A DNA stretch of 64,000 bases from Octopus sinensis (GCF_006345805.1 NC_043006.1:96720001-96784000), one strand, 5' to 3'; shown: positions 12,612-26,031, counted from the first letter of the stretch. The notes: a model not told the origin generated them from the letters alone. Translations and numbers: made by a program.

Positions 12612-12702
12612 ATATATATATATATGTATGTATGTATACGTATATGTTTATGTTTATGTGTATGTGTCCCCCAACATCGCTTTACAACCGATGCTGGTGT
12701 GT
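12346..12702 (+). mobile_element. SINE family A with expanded internal (TATG)n(TATC)n
   Basis: Head ggtgcaggagtggctgtgtgg, family A body, truncated tail. Confidence 0.85.
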
Positions 12703-12789
12703 AATCTATAAAAACATGGAATCAACAAAAATGGGAATAGTATATTGGTCATTGGTTACGGGCTTCAATTCGTTGCTAATATTTCTTTG

Positions 12790-13255
12790 TTTAAGGCAGA
12801 GAGCTGACAGAACCGTTGGTACGCAGGGCAAAATGGTCAGTGGCATTTCGGCCGTCTTTACTTTCTGAGTTCAAATTCTGCAGAGGTCGATTTTGCCTTT
12901 TATCTGCTCGGGGTCGATAAAATAAGTAGCAGTTGAGCATTGGGACCGACGTAATCGACTTGTGCCCTTCGCAAAATTGCTAGCCTTGCGCCAAAATTTG
13001 AAATCATTTTGTGTTTGTCTGTGTGTTTGTGTGTGTGTGTGTTTAAGGGGGCAAGCTGGTACAAACGTTATGAAACAGAGAGAAATGCTTTGCAGTATTT
13101 CGTCCGTCTTTACGTCCTGAGTTCAAATTCCACCGAAGTCGACTTTGCTTTCCATCTTTCGGGATCGATAAAATATGTAACAGTCGAGCGCTGGTGTCAA
13201 TGTAATCGACTCATCCCCGACCCGAAATTGCAAGCCTTGTGCCAAAATTTGGAAC
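12790..13255 (+). mobile_element. Two adjacent diverged SINE family D copies
   Basis: Each has gagttcaaattc...gtcga.tttgc.tt.atc...gtcgataaaata. Further copies lie near 8840-8965, 10510-10665, 10972-11140, 19265-19470, 22700-22865 (-), 47833-48045, 53250-53460 (-), 53820-53960 (-) and 54030-54205. Confidence 0.75.
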
Positions 13256-13699
13256 TAATATGCCTTTGTGTTTCTGGACCACACACACCAATTTACATCA
13301 CCACACTTCTAGTAATCATTGACAGGATTCAATAGCAATGGCAGGCCAGTGTCGAAGAGTTCAACTCCAGACAGCCACCTAATTCTACCTTTGGACTGAT
13401 TTCTATCGTTTTGCGCTAATTAGGTTTAATGGCTGATGTGCGTGCGTGTGTATACTTCTGTGCGAAGTAGCATAATTGATGCTACTTAGTCGTTGCGACC
13501 AACACCATAGAGAGACTTTCCAGGACCACAGAGGATAAGTTTGTATCTTTGTGCGTGTAAAAGAGAGAGGAAGGGGAAAAGGGTGGCAGAGAAGGTTCGT
13601 GGTTTCAGGGTAATTGTAAGGTCTTGTGATTTGAGAACCGCTGACTGGACATTATACGCTGGTATATGAATAATTCTTGCAATATTTGCATAGGTGTAG

Positions 13700-13967
13700 A
13701 TGATATGGAGTATGTATATACATACATGCATACACGCGCATATATATGTAATTTATACAAAGAAATATATTTATATACATATGTTGATATACATATGTAT
13801 GAACGTATACGTATATAAAACATACACATGTATATATATATATCTCCATAAAAATGCACGCACGTATATGATATGGTGTATGTATATACATACATGCATA
13901 CACACGCATATATATGCGTAATATATTCGTAAAAATATATTTACATATGTGTATATATAAACACACT

Positions 13968-13990
<23 letters not shown>
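13700..13990. repeat. Diverged tandem duplication (period about 168 bp) of cryptic simple sequence
   Basis: gatatgg(a/t)gtatgtatatacatacatgcatacac(g/a)cgcatatatatg occurs at about 13701 and 13870. Confidence 0.7.
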
Positions 13991-14009
<19 letters not shown>

Positions 14010-14606
14010 TATATACATATACACAGATGAATGAATGAATATATAGTGAACATCAGAAGATCAAGAGAGAAAGAAGACAATATGTAAATAAGAGAAAATA
14101 AAGAGGGGAGATTAGACAACAGCAATGCCGTCCAACAACAGACACTTCAAAGCTTTCTTCTCTTTATCACCGTTCGAGAACTTAGCTTTCAAAGGGGAAC
14201 GCCGGCTAGAGGGTAGTGATGAAAGTGGGGGTAGATAAAGAAACATGACTTGCTTCATAAGAGTAAATTTCCTGCTACTGTATCTTATAGTAATATAAGT
14301 GATTATTCTGGCTCCAATTGAAGATCTTTCTGACTGATGTCCTTAGTGTAAACCTCGATTTGTAATTAATCTGGTCTGGAGTATGCTTGCATGTGACTGT
14401 AGATTGATTGCCGGGTTTAGATGAAATTATTACGAGTAATACTGGTGCAAGATGGCTCGTTGTATTGCATAAAGGAAGTGATGTACAGTTTCTACTTCCG
14501 GTTATACTGCATTCAGTAAATGAATAGAAAGCAAACTTGTAAATAACTGTGAATTCTGTGCGTGTTTTTGTTCTTTTTGCCTCAGTTCCAATCAAATAGT
14601 CACATC

Positions 14607-14887
14607 AGAAAACAGCACAGCTCCCATGACTTTCGGAAACATTTTTTCACGCTAAGATTTGCTGAAGCATGGAACAAACTGCCGGCATCAGTTGTTAGTT
14701 GCATCTTTCAAAACTTCCATGCTTCTTGAGATTTGCCAACACTACACCTGATTTTCTCCCCTCCATACACACGTAAGCATGTATCTATCTCATACACTGT
14801 TCACTTCAGACATTTATACATTACTGCATATGCTTTATACGCACTTTTGACAAGTTGTGATGCACCTGAGCACTGTATACAATAATT

Positions 14888-14892
<5 letters not shown>
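14607..14892 (+). mobile_element. CR1-group LINE 3' end
   Basis: Translates RKQHSSHDFRKHFFTLRFAEAWNKLPASVVSC (R..FF..R....WN.LP motif), then a 3' UTR and an (ATT)n tail. Confidence 0.8.
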
Positions 14893-14951
<59 letters not shown>

Positions 14952-15989
14952 CATCGAAGCTGTCCAAGCCGTGACCAAATTACATGTTTTCAGACACAAT
15001 ATATCGAGGACTATACGATATAGTGTTTTCCTTAGTTTTTAGTAGTTTATATTTCAATAAATGCTTAGTGAGGGGAAACGCTTGTCCTCGTTGCTCTTTT
15101 CCAGACTTCCGATATTGATCAGAGAAAGTCAGGAAGATATCCCCTGACTGGATGCTTGGTCGGAGTAGCTGCAACAAAATGTACTTTGCTAAATACACCC
15201 TTAAATCAGAAGGTGGTGTTAAATCGTTTCCCTGCTTCACTAAACCACGTGTCATCTTGGGAGAGATTTCCTGTTATTTGTCGCTAGTCGAATGGCTTGT
15301 AGAATATTGCTTGTTGGCCCAGAGTTATTAATCATGTGGTAGTGTTGTTGGTGGTGGTGGTTGAGTATTCCTGAGAGAACAAAATACTGGAACTCTATGA
15401 ATTGCAAGTAAGAAACATGATGGCCAGTACGTAGTTTGAAAATTTGATCTCAAGAAAACACTGGACTTACCCAGTCAAAGTGCTCTACCGTACCATCCAT
15501 AATTTAGCACATACACGTGTCATGTCTACCTAAGTTAAAGAATTCTGTCTTTCTATAATTAGTGTATTTGGAAACACAGAGCTTTTGTAAGGCAGTGAAT
15601 TAGTCACTAGAAAGTTAAATAGACTGCGTCGTAGAGTTGGTTCCGACACTCTGCGGTCTGTGTTCGAATTTCATCATTTCAGGTTCGATTGAAAAGCAGT
15701 ATCAATTCAAGAACAGTTTGAAGATCTGATGACATGCATTGCAGAATCATATGTATTCAGTGGCTTCTGAGAGTAACAACTATGACGGCACCGTTGCCGA
15801 GCTGTGTCAGATTAGGTCAGCGGCCTTTGCCCTGATTAAACATCGGTTCAGATGGAAAGTAGAAATAGGCATGTATGGACATCTGCCTATCTTAAGAAAA
15901 AAATGAGGTAAAAACAAGAAACACAAAGTCTGTGAATACGGGTATGGTGAATGTACAGTTATTGGCCATACCTGTGTGTGCGTGCGTGC

Positions 15990-16034
<45 letters not shown>

Positions 16035-16407
16035 TGTGTGTGTGTGTGTATGCATGTGCATTGTTTAATGTCGTTGAATGAGAAAGGCCTACTCAATAGA
16101 TGATATAGAGGATGCGGCAATCTCTTAGCTTTGAGTTTAATACAAAAAGATCTATATTCATACGTATATACATATGTATGTATGCATGTATGTATGTATG
16201 TATGCATGTATGTATGTATGTATTTATGTGTGAATATGTCCATATACATATATGCAAGCGTGTTTGAGTGGTAAGAAGCTTGAATTTCAACCACATGGTT
16301 CTGGTTTCAGTCTTACTACATGGAACTCGGGCCGATGAAAGTCATATGATTGGATTTGGTACACGGAGACTGAAAGAAATTCGATGTATATATATATGTA
16401 TATATAT

Positions 16408-16606
16408 ACTTTATTTTAAGCAGCAGAAAATTCAACAAAATCTGTTACTCTGAGTTTCTCGTTGCCGTTCATCAGACAGTTTTTGCTAGAAAAAGGAGCT
16501 TCTACAGGACTAGGACTGTTTCATTCAAATGAAATCATCAGGAAGCATCCTGGTGATTTCATTTGAATGAAACAGTTCTAGTCCTGTAGAAGCTCCTTCT
16601 ATAAAA
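16408..16606 (-). mobile_element. PLE-type terminal repeat with a 5' foldback (arms 16493-16543 and 16548-16598)
   Basis: Near-perfect inverted repeat with a 4-nt loop; hammerhead motifs on the minus strand at 16437-16484 and 16510-16541. Confidence 0.65.
16437..16484 (-). ncRNA. Minimal type I hammerhead ribozyme motif (canonical core)
   Basis: AAAAA-CUGU-CUGAUGA-A-CG-GCAA-CG-A-GAAA-CUC-A-GA-GUA|ACAG-A-UUUU. Helix I has 4+4 bp; helix III is the palindrome ACUC-A-GAGU; helix II has only 2 bp. Confidence 0.65.
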
Positions 16607-16690
16607 TAAATTAATTTACTCTGCTATATATTGAGTACCTTATTTACTGTGGTTAACCCCGACTCAACCCGGGACCTACATATATATATA

Positions 16691-16728
<38 letters not shown>

Positions 16729-18212
16729 TATATATATATAGCGAGGAAGGGAGAGTGTAATAAAGAGACACACGCATATATTTTTGTATATGCATGGCTC
16801 TTGTGTTCACAAAAACATTTGTCCGTCGCTACCGATTCTTCCAAGCCACTTATCTTTAGTTATAATAATAATAATATTAAAGTTTCTTTCATTTGCCTCA
16901 GGGGTTACTGTAGAGGTGACATTACAAGGACACTAACCATGAAAGAAGTAGAAGTCTAATGTTGATATGTTGTATGATAGATTTCAGTAGAGAAAGCAGC
17001 TGTTATCGAGGTGTGTGTTTAACTTTGTAGAAACACCTGTCTGTGACTAAGTAACGTCCACAAGATAAACAGCAACAACAACTGCAGCATTAAAACGAAC
17101 CAAATACTAAACAAAAGCGTATACGTGTGTGTGTGTATGTATGTATACATATTTTTGCCTGTATGCCCATGTATGTGTATGTGTGTATATGTGCATGTAT
17201 GTATATGTTTAGGTATATATATATATATATATACATACATTTGGATATATGTGTGCCAGTGTCTGTTTGTGTGTGTGTGTGTGTGTGTGCGTGTGTGTGT
17301 GTGTGTGTCAAGAGCGAGACAGAGGAAAGAGTGGGATAGCTGTACGAAGGTTTTGGAGAGGAAAGCGAAGAAGACGAATAGACCGAGAGAAAGAGAGAGT
17401 GAGAGAGAAAAAAGAAAGAATGAGAGAGAGAGAGGAGGGTGATAGAGATTTAGGGTAGCATGATAGGAGAGCAGAAGTAAAGGGAGAGTGAAATTAAGAT
17501 AGCAGAGTAAGAGAGAGAGAGAGAGAAAAAAAAACAGAAGAGAAAGGAGTGCTTGAGTGTGTGCACACGGTGTACATGTGTTTGGGTGTGTGTGTGTGTG
17601 TGTGTGTGGTGGGGTGTATGCGTTTACGTATGCGTGTGTGTTTTATATCTTTTACTAATTCAGAATTTTGGGTTTTTTGTTTAAATTCTTGCTACATTTA
17701 CGCCGTTGGTGTTATCGTATAATATTCTAAATGAAAATCTGGCCTTGTGCCCCGAATAGAAGAAAATATTCTAAATGCAAAACTCAACGTCATTGGTGAC
17801 GGGCATTCAAAGGAGCGGCAGTCTATAGAATCCTTCTCATGGCATGAAACCGATGAGAAATAAATCTCACCTCGGATAGGGTACTAGAGTCTCTCTTTTT
17901 CACCCGGGCCTTCCTTTCTTCTCTTTCTCTTTCGTTCTTTCTTACTCAATCTCTCCTACTCTTTCTCTACCTCTCTTCCCCCTCATCCTCTCCCTCTCCG
18001 TCGCAACTTCTCTTTCTGTCTCCCTTTTTTTTGCCTGCTCTTCTCTCTCCTTCTTTTCTAGCACAACCATATGGTCCTACAGCTTCCAGGTAGCTAGGTC
18101 CAATGAATAAAGCAAAGTAGAATAAAAGATTTGATCTAAAAGCCCTATGGATCACCTGAGGAGGATTTGAACCCACATCGAAAAGCATATCCTTCCATGA
18201 TATTTTAATCAC

Positions 18213-18460
18213 GGTGAGCTGGCAGAATCGTTAGCACGACGGGCAAAGTGCTTAGCGGAATGTCCTCCGTCTTCACGTTGTGAGTTCAAATTCCGCCGAA
18301 GTCGACTTTACCTTTCATCCTTTCGTGGTTGAGTTAAGTATTGGGGTCGAGTTGACTACCGGGGCCGAGTTGAGTACTGGGGTCGTATTGAGTACTGGGG
18401 TCGATATAATCGACTTAGCATGTCCCACAAATTGCTGGCCTTGTGCCAAAATTTGAAACC
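18213..18460 (+). mobile_element. SINE family D with internal tandem amplification
   Basis: Head gagctggcagaatcgttagcac; a unit like gagtactggggtcg is repeated 4 times at 18335-18405. Confidence 0.8.
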
Positions 18461-20606
18461 ATTATTCATTCGGCCATTTTGCGTGTAAACTCACGGACCT
18501 GACGCTCGAAGAACATAGACACAGCTGAAAAACCAGCCTATTTAATACATCACCGTCTTAAAATGAAAATGAAGAATACTATGTACAACATGATATTTGG
18601 TATACTATGGCGTATTATGCGGCAAAATCTTTTTACCAGAGAATTACTGGTACGATAAGCTTTTCTATCCTACTAACATCGCCATGCTTTGGTTTTACAC
18701 CGAAGAAGTCATTTGGGGTTTCATTACGCGGTTAGAGATAACAGCCAAATGTTTCTCAAATCACACCATGCTTATTAAACACAGGAGGATAACAGGTGGC
18801 ATTGTCTTTTGATCATGGTGATCTTGATCAGATCCCATTATAACTGAAACAATGAGAAATATTTATTATGGATTTATCAAAGAAACCTACGGTTGATCAA
18901 CTAGAAATAATAGTGAAATATCCTTCAAATTTCATCGTATCAAACTCTCAGTGTATTTTAACGAAGTTCACGTCCTGGCAGCATTCTCCAAACCAATTCA
19001 GCGTATTGTGTTCTTGAGCAAGACACTTAATTTCACGTTGATCCAGTTCACTCAGCTGTAGAAATGCGTTATGATGTCACATGTGCAAAGCTGTATCGGC
19101 CCCTTTGCCTTTTCCTTGGATAACATTATTGGCGTCGAGAGGGGATGCCGGTATGCGTGGACAATTGCTGGTCTTCTATAAACAACTTTGCCCGGACTTG
19201 TACCTGGGAGGGCAATTTTCTAGGTGCAATCCCATGGTCAGTCATGACCGAAGCAGGTCTCAGCAGCGCGGAGACGAGCTAGCAGAATTGTTAGAAATCT
19301 TAGAACGTCAGAAAACATGCTTTGCGGAGTTTGTTTAGGATCATTACGTTTGAGTTTTAATTCCGCAGAGGTCAACATTGTCTTCCATTTCTGTGAAGTG
19401 AATAAAGTAAAATACCAGTCAAGTACAAGACAACCTCTTGCCCTCAAAATTTCTAACCTGATTCTGAAATCAGAAAACGTGTGTGTATGTGGTGGCGTGT
19501 ATAAACGTTAATACGATACTCAATATATACGTTTGCCCTTCTTTTACCTCCGCGACAAAACAGACGTGAATTTTACTGATAGAACTTCATTCAATATAAT
19601 CAACTACTTATATTAATTAATCTGAGTTCATTTCCGTTTTATGGTATATTTTTGCAAGCATAAAGCACCGTACCTTTTATTGTGTTTGTTAAATATGCTA
19701 CAAAACCTTAATTAAGTCAGATTAATTAATCTGAGCAATCACAGGTTCCCACTTGGACTCATACAATGTAGTTTACACAAGTATAAATGATCTCGGATAA
19801 ACTGAATGTGTATAAAAATTCTTAGGTATGATGTTGTTTATGCTTAGGGAATATATAATAAAACATTAATTAACATAATTCAATTAATCTTGTGATAAAC
19901 TACCGGTGGTATATGTGGCGTTTCACGTATTAACATATACAAGCAGGAACGTATATTCATTAGACGTTCAAATAACAAATTCATTATAAATATTAACCAT
20001 ACTCATTAATTTAATCACAAATCTTAATGGAAAACTTTTGGTATACCCCTGTTTGAAATTTGGTGGCAATGGGTGTGGCAGCACACCATACGCTACTGTA
20101 TACAAATATTAATAAGCGTGTACATTTGTGCTTGTAGGTGCGTGCATATGTGTGTATGTTTTTGCGTATGTGTACGAATGTGTAGTTTCAATAAATGAAT
20201 ATATAAAGACGAGTCGACCAAATCTGGAAAAACTTTGATCCTAGCCTTGCTAGATTATAACTGATCGAGGGTCACCGAACAACAACAACAACAATAACGC
20301 TATAGTTATCTATTACCGTTAGTTTAACTGCACATATTGGAAACTATCGGAAGTTCCTTGGTTCCCGATTCTTGGGATTAATAAGAGAAAAGAAAAAGAA
20401 AAGAAGAAAGGGGAAAGGAAGAGAAAGAGAGAAAATTAATTATACAAGCTGTATATATATTTCCTGTTTTGGTTCCATCAACGTGAAAGGTTTCAGTTTT
20501 CCTTACAATATATTCTTAATCGCTATTTAAATGTTTAAGTGGGCCATTGGTTATTTATTCACACAACTAACAGACTTTTGATTAACAGTTATTATAATTG
20601 CTTTGC

Positions 20607-20651
<45 letters not shown>

Positions 20652-20652
20652 C

Positions 20653-20691
<39 letters not shown>

Positions 20692-21289
20692 GGTGGTGGT
20701 GGTGGTAGTGGTGGTGGTAGTAGTAGTCTGTAATAGGAAACGGCATGTGGGTAGCGGTGGAAGTATTATCAGCAGCGGCAACAGCGGTAGGAGTATTCAC
20801 AGCAGCAATAACAACAACAGTAGCAGTAGTTGTTGTAGTAGCACATGTAGTTGTGCTGGTAGTGGTGGTTAGTGTAGGTGGCGTTGGCGTTCGTTGTTTT
20901 TGGTAGTGGTAAAGTCGATGGCATTAATGGCGGTGTTTAACGAACCTTAAAAAAATTAAAAGAGAAAAAAAATGGCCGACTTATTATTATTATTATTATT
21001 TTGCTATACATTAACATTAAAATTTAATGAGGATCACGTGTTACAGTTCATCACGTGATCATGTTATAATGAACTTTATCAACGATACCAACTTTCCCTA
21101 CACACCTCCCAGCGTAGGCACAACGTAGGCATAACACTTTAGAATCAAGCAGAAATCAGATCGTGTGACATTAAAATACTTCGACACCAAAGCTAACAGA
21201 CTTCTTACCACAGGGGTTAACATTTGCCAGACTGACCCTGTTAATGTCATAAAATAACAAATATAGCAGTAGCGACAACAGCAACAAAT

Positions 21290-21476
21290 GGAGGCGCAAT
21301 GGCCCAGTGGTTAGGGCAGCGGACTCGCGGTCGTAAGAACGCGATTTCGATTCCCAGACCGGGCATTATGAGTGTTTATTGAGTAAAAAACCCCTAAGCT
21401 CCTTAGCCTCCGGCGGGGGGTCGGGGTGAACGCTACTGTACTCTTTCACCACAACTTTCACTCTTTCTTCCTACTT
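21290..21476 (+). mobile_element. tRNA-derived SINE family C, 5' half, diverged
   Basis: ggaggcgcaatggcccagtggttagggcagcggactcgcgg head matches 31527-31909. Confidence 0.8.
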
Positions 21477-21973
21477 CTGCCACAAAGCAGAGGAACCATG
21501 GTGTAACCCACTATGGTGTGGTAAAACTTTCAAACCCTAGTCTAGATTGCAAATCCTCTGTACCCCAGGACGGTTCAGCTCTCCACCCGTTAAAAAGCCA
21601 CCGTTTACGTGAGTCCTGATTGGAAGAAAAAGAAGACAACAACGGAAAAAACCTTAGTTTTCTTGAGCCATCGAGAGAACTTTATGTGGCTGCTCAACCT
21701 GTTAAAAATAACAGCGAAAACTTCTTGAAATTACAATACTATTCTAAACAAAATTAAGTGGCAGCTTAAATAGTATAGATCTAGATATCTCGTCCCACTC
21801 CCACCAAAGAAAAAGAAAAAGGGAAGAGAAAAAGTAAATCCAAAACGGGATGGTCACAAATTGTATACTTTGGATCATTTCTTTGTCCAGTCATTGTTGG
21901 CTTCGCGATAAACAACAATAAAGAAAGGAAATAATACTGTTTATCATTCTGGTTTGAAACAATGGATCGAAAT

Positions 21974-22639
21974 CAGTGTTTTCCAACCATTTTTTCCGGT
22001 GCCCCACTTTTATAATAACAAATTTTCCGGTGCCCCACTTTTTAATAACAGATTTTTCAATGTCTCACTTTTTATTAACAAAAAATTTGGTTCCCATCAA
22101 CATTTTTTTAATAGAGGTAACACGATTTTTAATTCAATTATCTGGCTGACGGATACCGTAACTCATTTAGTGAGAACCCTGTGCCTGGTTCATACGGCAC
22201 AGATCCTTGATTTGAGGAGACAATTTCGTTAACTTCAGCTGTAAATCATCATATTTTGTGATTTCAAGCCGGTTTCTCATGGCTTCCAGTAAATCGTCAA
22301 CTGCACTATATCCGCATTCGACCAAATAAGACTAAGGAAAATGAATTAATAGTTCTCTTAAACAATTGATATTGAAACAGAGAAACAAACGCCTAACAAA
22401 TGCAGATACCTTAATCAGTATCCTGATTGGTCGTAGCTACATCGATTCCCATGATTTAAGTATAGATATCGCATGGCGATGTTTCTTTTTCCATTTCAAT
22501 ATCCAAAAATAGGCTTAGGATCGACAAGTGTGTACTCAAGTTGCTTGCAGAAATTTTCACAGCTAACGCTAACGCATGCCCCACTCCAATTTTCTCACGC
22601 CCCACCTGTGGGGCATATGCCCCGTGTTGGGAAACACCG
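21974..22639 (-). mobile_element. Internally deleted hAT (Charlie/Buster-like) DNA transposon
   Basis: TIRs cagtgttttccaac (21974) and gttgggaaacaccg (22639); 8-bp TSD atcgaaat/atataaat. The minus-strand remnant FP*SYLVECGYSAVDDLLEAMRNRLEITKYDDLQLKLTKLSPQIKDLCRMNQAQGSH* matches the hAT C-terminal dimerization region. Confidence 0.9.
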
Positions 22640-24343
22640 ATATAAATGTACATAAATATATAAAATCATGATTTTCAAATTTTCAAAATACTTCCGGGAG
22701 CGGTAAGTCTATTACACCAGTGTCCAACTGATACTTATTCTGCTGACCCCGAAGCGATGATAGGCAAAGATGAGCCCGGCCGAATTTAAACCAAGAACAT
22801 AAAGATGGAGGAAATGCCGTTATGCATTTCCCCCGACGTGTTAACGTTTCTGCCAACTCGTCGCCTTATATAAAAATAAATAAAAAATAAATAATAGCAT
22901 ACAAATGATAGATTGGAAATTCCTTTTGAATAGAAAAAAAGGCGAAGGCTGCCCAGAGCCAACAATTCTATTTCTGTTTATTTGTAAATTTGCGTCTCAA
23001 ATATTCCCATAAAATTTGACCCGGAAGAATGCGTACGTTCAGTCTTGTCCTGTTTCTGATGCCATTTAATATTGTGTGTTGTGAGGGAGTGTTTGTGAAG
23101 GAGCGTGTATATGTGAGTTGATCAGTCACACACTCACATACTATACATATACTTACACATACACACACATGCAAATATACATAAATACATGCACACACAC
23201 ACGCACAAACACACACACACACTCACACACATATATGTATATATACGTTACGCTAGCTTGTGTTGCTTTGACTTTACAATGTGACTTCACTATGTATATC
23301 AACACTTATACAATGAGTTTCAAAAAATTCGATTATCGGAGATTATTTCATCAATTAGTTAATAAAAATTCACCAGAGAATTAGTTTAAAATTACAAGCA
23401 AGAGAGATAAATCCAGTGGGATCAGTAGCTTGAAATTTTAGGACACGAAAAATAAAGAAGAACGCAGTGCATCTGGTCACTAGGACCAACAAGTTAAAAC
23501 AAGGGAAATGTTTCAGTACTATTTCACCTCTTCAGCAAACATGGTGGCATGCATATAAATCGTCAACGCTTGTTGTATATTTAAATATATTTATGATGAT
23601 ATAAAAGCATAGCTGCGTAAGCTTATGCATGCATACATACGAGATTGTGCTTATATATACATTAAATATGTGTGCACGTGCGTATGTACACACACACAAA
23701 CACACGCACACGCACATAGTGTGTGTGTATCTGTGTTTGTTTGTGTGTGTGTGGGTGTAATTTTATAATGTTCATCGTGACTTCAGAAACAATATCGGAG
23801 TATATGAAAACATCGTGCAATATGTATGAGTGTGTATTTGCTACGATGCATTCTAGAAGAAAATCAACAATATTTTCCCCCTTACTCTTGAATCTGTCTT
23901 TCATTCCCTTACTGTTTATCCTAACTATTTTTCCATAACGAGCTAATGCTCGAAATGTCAGTGACACTTCCTGTTTTCTTACCCGTTTTCTCTGAGCGAC
24001 AAATAATTACCATTACTTTATAATTTGTCTTCTGTGTTGGTATTCTCATCAATAGTTTGGAACACACACTCACGCACATATATGCAAGTAAGTGCGCAAG
24101 CGTTCTAATTAAGACTATTAACCACTTACAGTAGAAAAACTTAGGTTTCAGAGTCAAAATATAATTAAAAACAATGAGTCGAATAACTGTGCCTGCTGCT
24201 CGATGCATTGTTCTCGGTAAAGTATTGACACTAAGTCTACAAACTTCTGATTTCTCTATTCTAAATGGCATAACCACGCTCCTTATGAAAAAGTTTATAC
24301 TCCAGAACTTACCTATATTTCTACCAATACCTATATCTCTCTC

Positions 24344-24397
<54 letters not shown>

Positions 24398-25460
24398 TAG
24401 GTATATATATATCTGTGTGCATATATGTATGCATATTTGTATGTATGTATGCATGTTTGTCTGTATGAGCAAATCTACGGATTCCTTCATCTGTTTTGCG
24501 TGTTGGAGGGAAGCATTTTTCTTTACTTCTTTACAAATTTCTAAGCATAAAGTGTTACTTCAAGATGTATAGTCATTTAATTTTTATCATTTTCAAGTCT
24601 TCCCCGAACAGCCTCGTTTCTACATAATGTACGTCTTCAGCACGGAATAAAAAAAATAAAACCTAGTGAAATGATGTAATTATATATTTTATATAAATGT
24701 CTTCATTTTAAATGAAAAGGATAGGAGTAGCCAGAGAAAAGGAGAAGTTAACATAGAATTAAAAAGAAAGAAATATCAGATAGAGGCACACACAGTGTTA
24801 GAGATATATAGTATCAATCGTGGTTGAATTGTATAAGTTCTCTACAAAGGCGAAACAGTTAAGTTCGAAATGAAGTATGTTTGAAAATATTCCGGTATTT
24901 AATATTCTTCTAAACACACACACACATACTTATTACATATTATATATGTGTGTGTGTCTGTGTGTGTACAAATATATACATATATCTGTTTGTGTGTGCA
25001 TATAAGTATGCACACACTTAGTATTAAACGCTATGCTTTCTACAAACTCTTCATACCTAGGTTCAGTGGATCCATACAATGAGAACGTCCACAAGTATGA
25101 AAGCTTTAGAACACTTGAGGCAGGACGCAAACGTTCTATCTAAATGTTCTGTGACAAAACATAAACAAACTCCGTCAAGAACCAGCACCACTACTCCACA
25201 TTCTGTTGTAATCGCAACCTAACAAGCTGGAATGAAAGAGATAAGTCAGTTAGATTAGAGCTGAAATGGAGTTAAACAACAGCCTGTTCTTTTCATTTGT
25301 TCTGTTGTTGTTCTTAGATTGCATGTGTTCTGTTTTTACGTGCAAGCATTTGTGTGTGCGTGTTTGTCTGTGCGAAAGCGTTTGTGTTAGCGTCGCTGGA
25401 GAGAATTAGAAAAAAATCGCAAAAATCAAATATGAAGTGGTAAACAAATAGAGAAGACGT

Positions 25461-25493
<33 letters not shown>

Positions 25494-25914
25494 AAGGTGA
25501 GGAAAAAGAAAAAGGAAAAGAAATTGACGATGCAATGAATGAATGTAGATGAATGAGAAACAATGAGAAAAGGAAGAGAAAGAGGGAAAGAGGTATGAGA
25601 AGAGTTATACAGATATAGAAGGAAGAGATAACCTCGTGACAGATCGATGGAATCGCAAAGATTTGGGTGGGAATAAGAAACACACAAATGCACAAACAAA
25701 GACACACAGACACACATATATCATATACATAATATGCATATACACAATCATATACACACACATATATAAGGATACATACATATATACATATATACTTATA
25801 TATACATGTATATATATATATACATATATATACATATACATACATGTATAAATATATGTTTATATATGCATATATATATATATATGTATGTATGTATGTA
25901 TTCACTCATACACC

Positions 25915-25958
<44 letters not shown>

Positions 25959-25971
25959 CATAGATAGATAT

Positions 25972-26031
<60 letters not shown>

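Noticed and set aside
14980-15340. GLVKQGNDLTP resembling the RT QG motif
   Set aside because: Single short motif with no neighbouring RT motifs in frame.
18060-18088. 28-nt micro-exon candidate after a long pyrimidine tract
   Set aside because: The tract is a (CT)n microsatellite region and the donor gtagct is weak.
18340-18410. Short regularly spaced repeats as a CRISPR array (also 49424-49545)
   Set aside because: The repeats are directly tandem without unique spacers, in eukaryotic DNA with no cas genes.
20195-20380. TATA-like TATATAAAGA and a 54-nt minus-strand exon candidate
   Set aside because: TATA-like words are expected by chance at this AT content, and the exon candidate has stops in all three frames.
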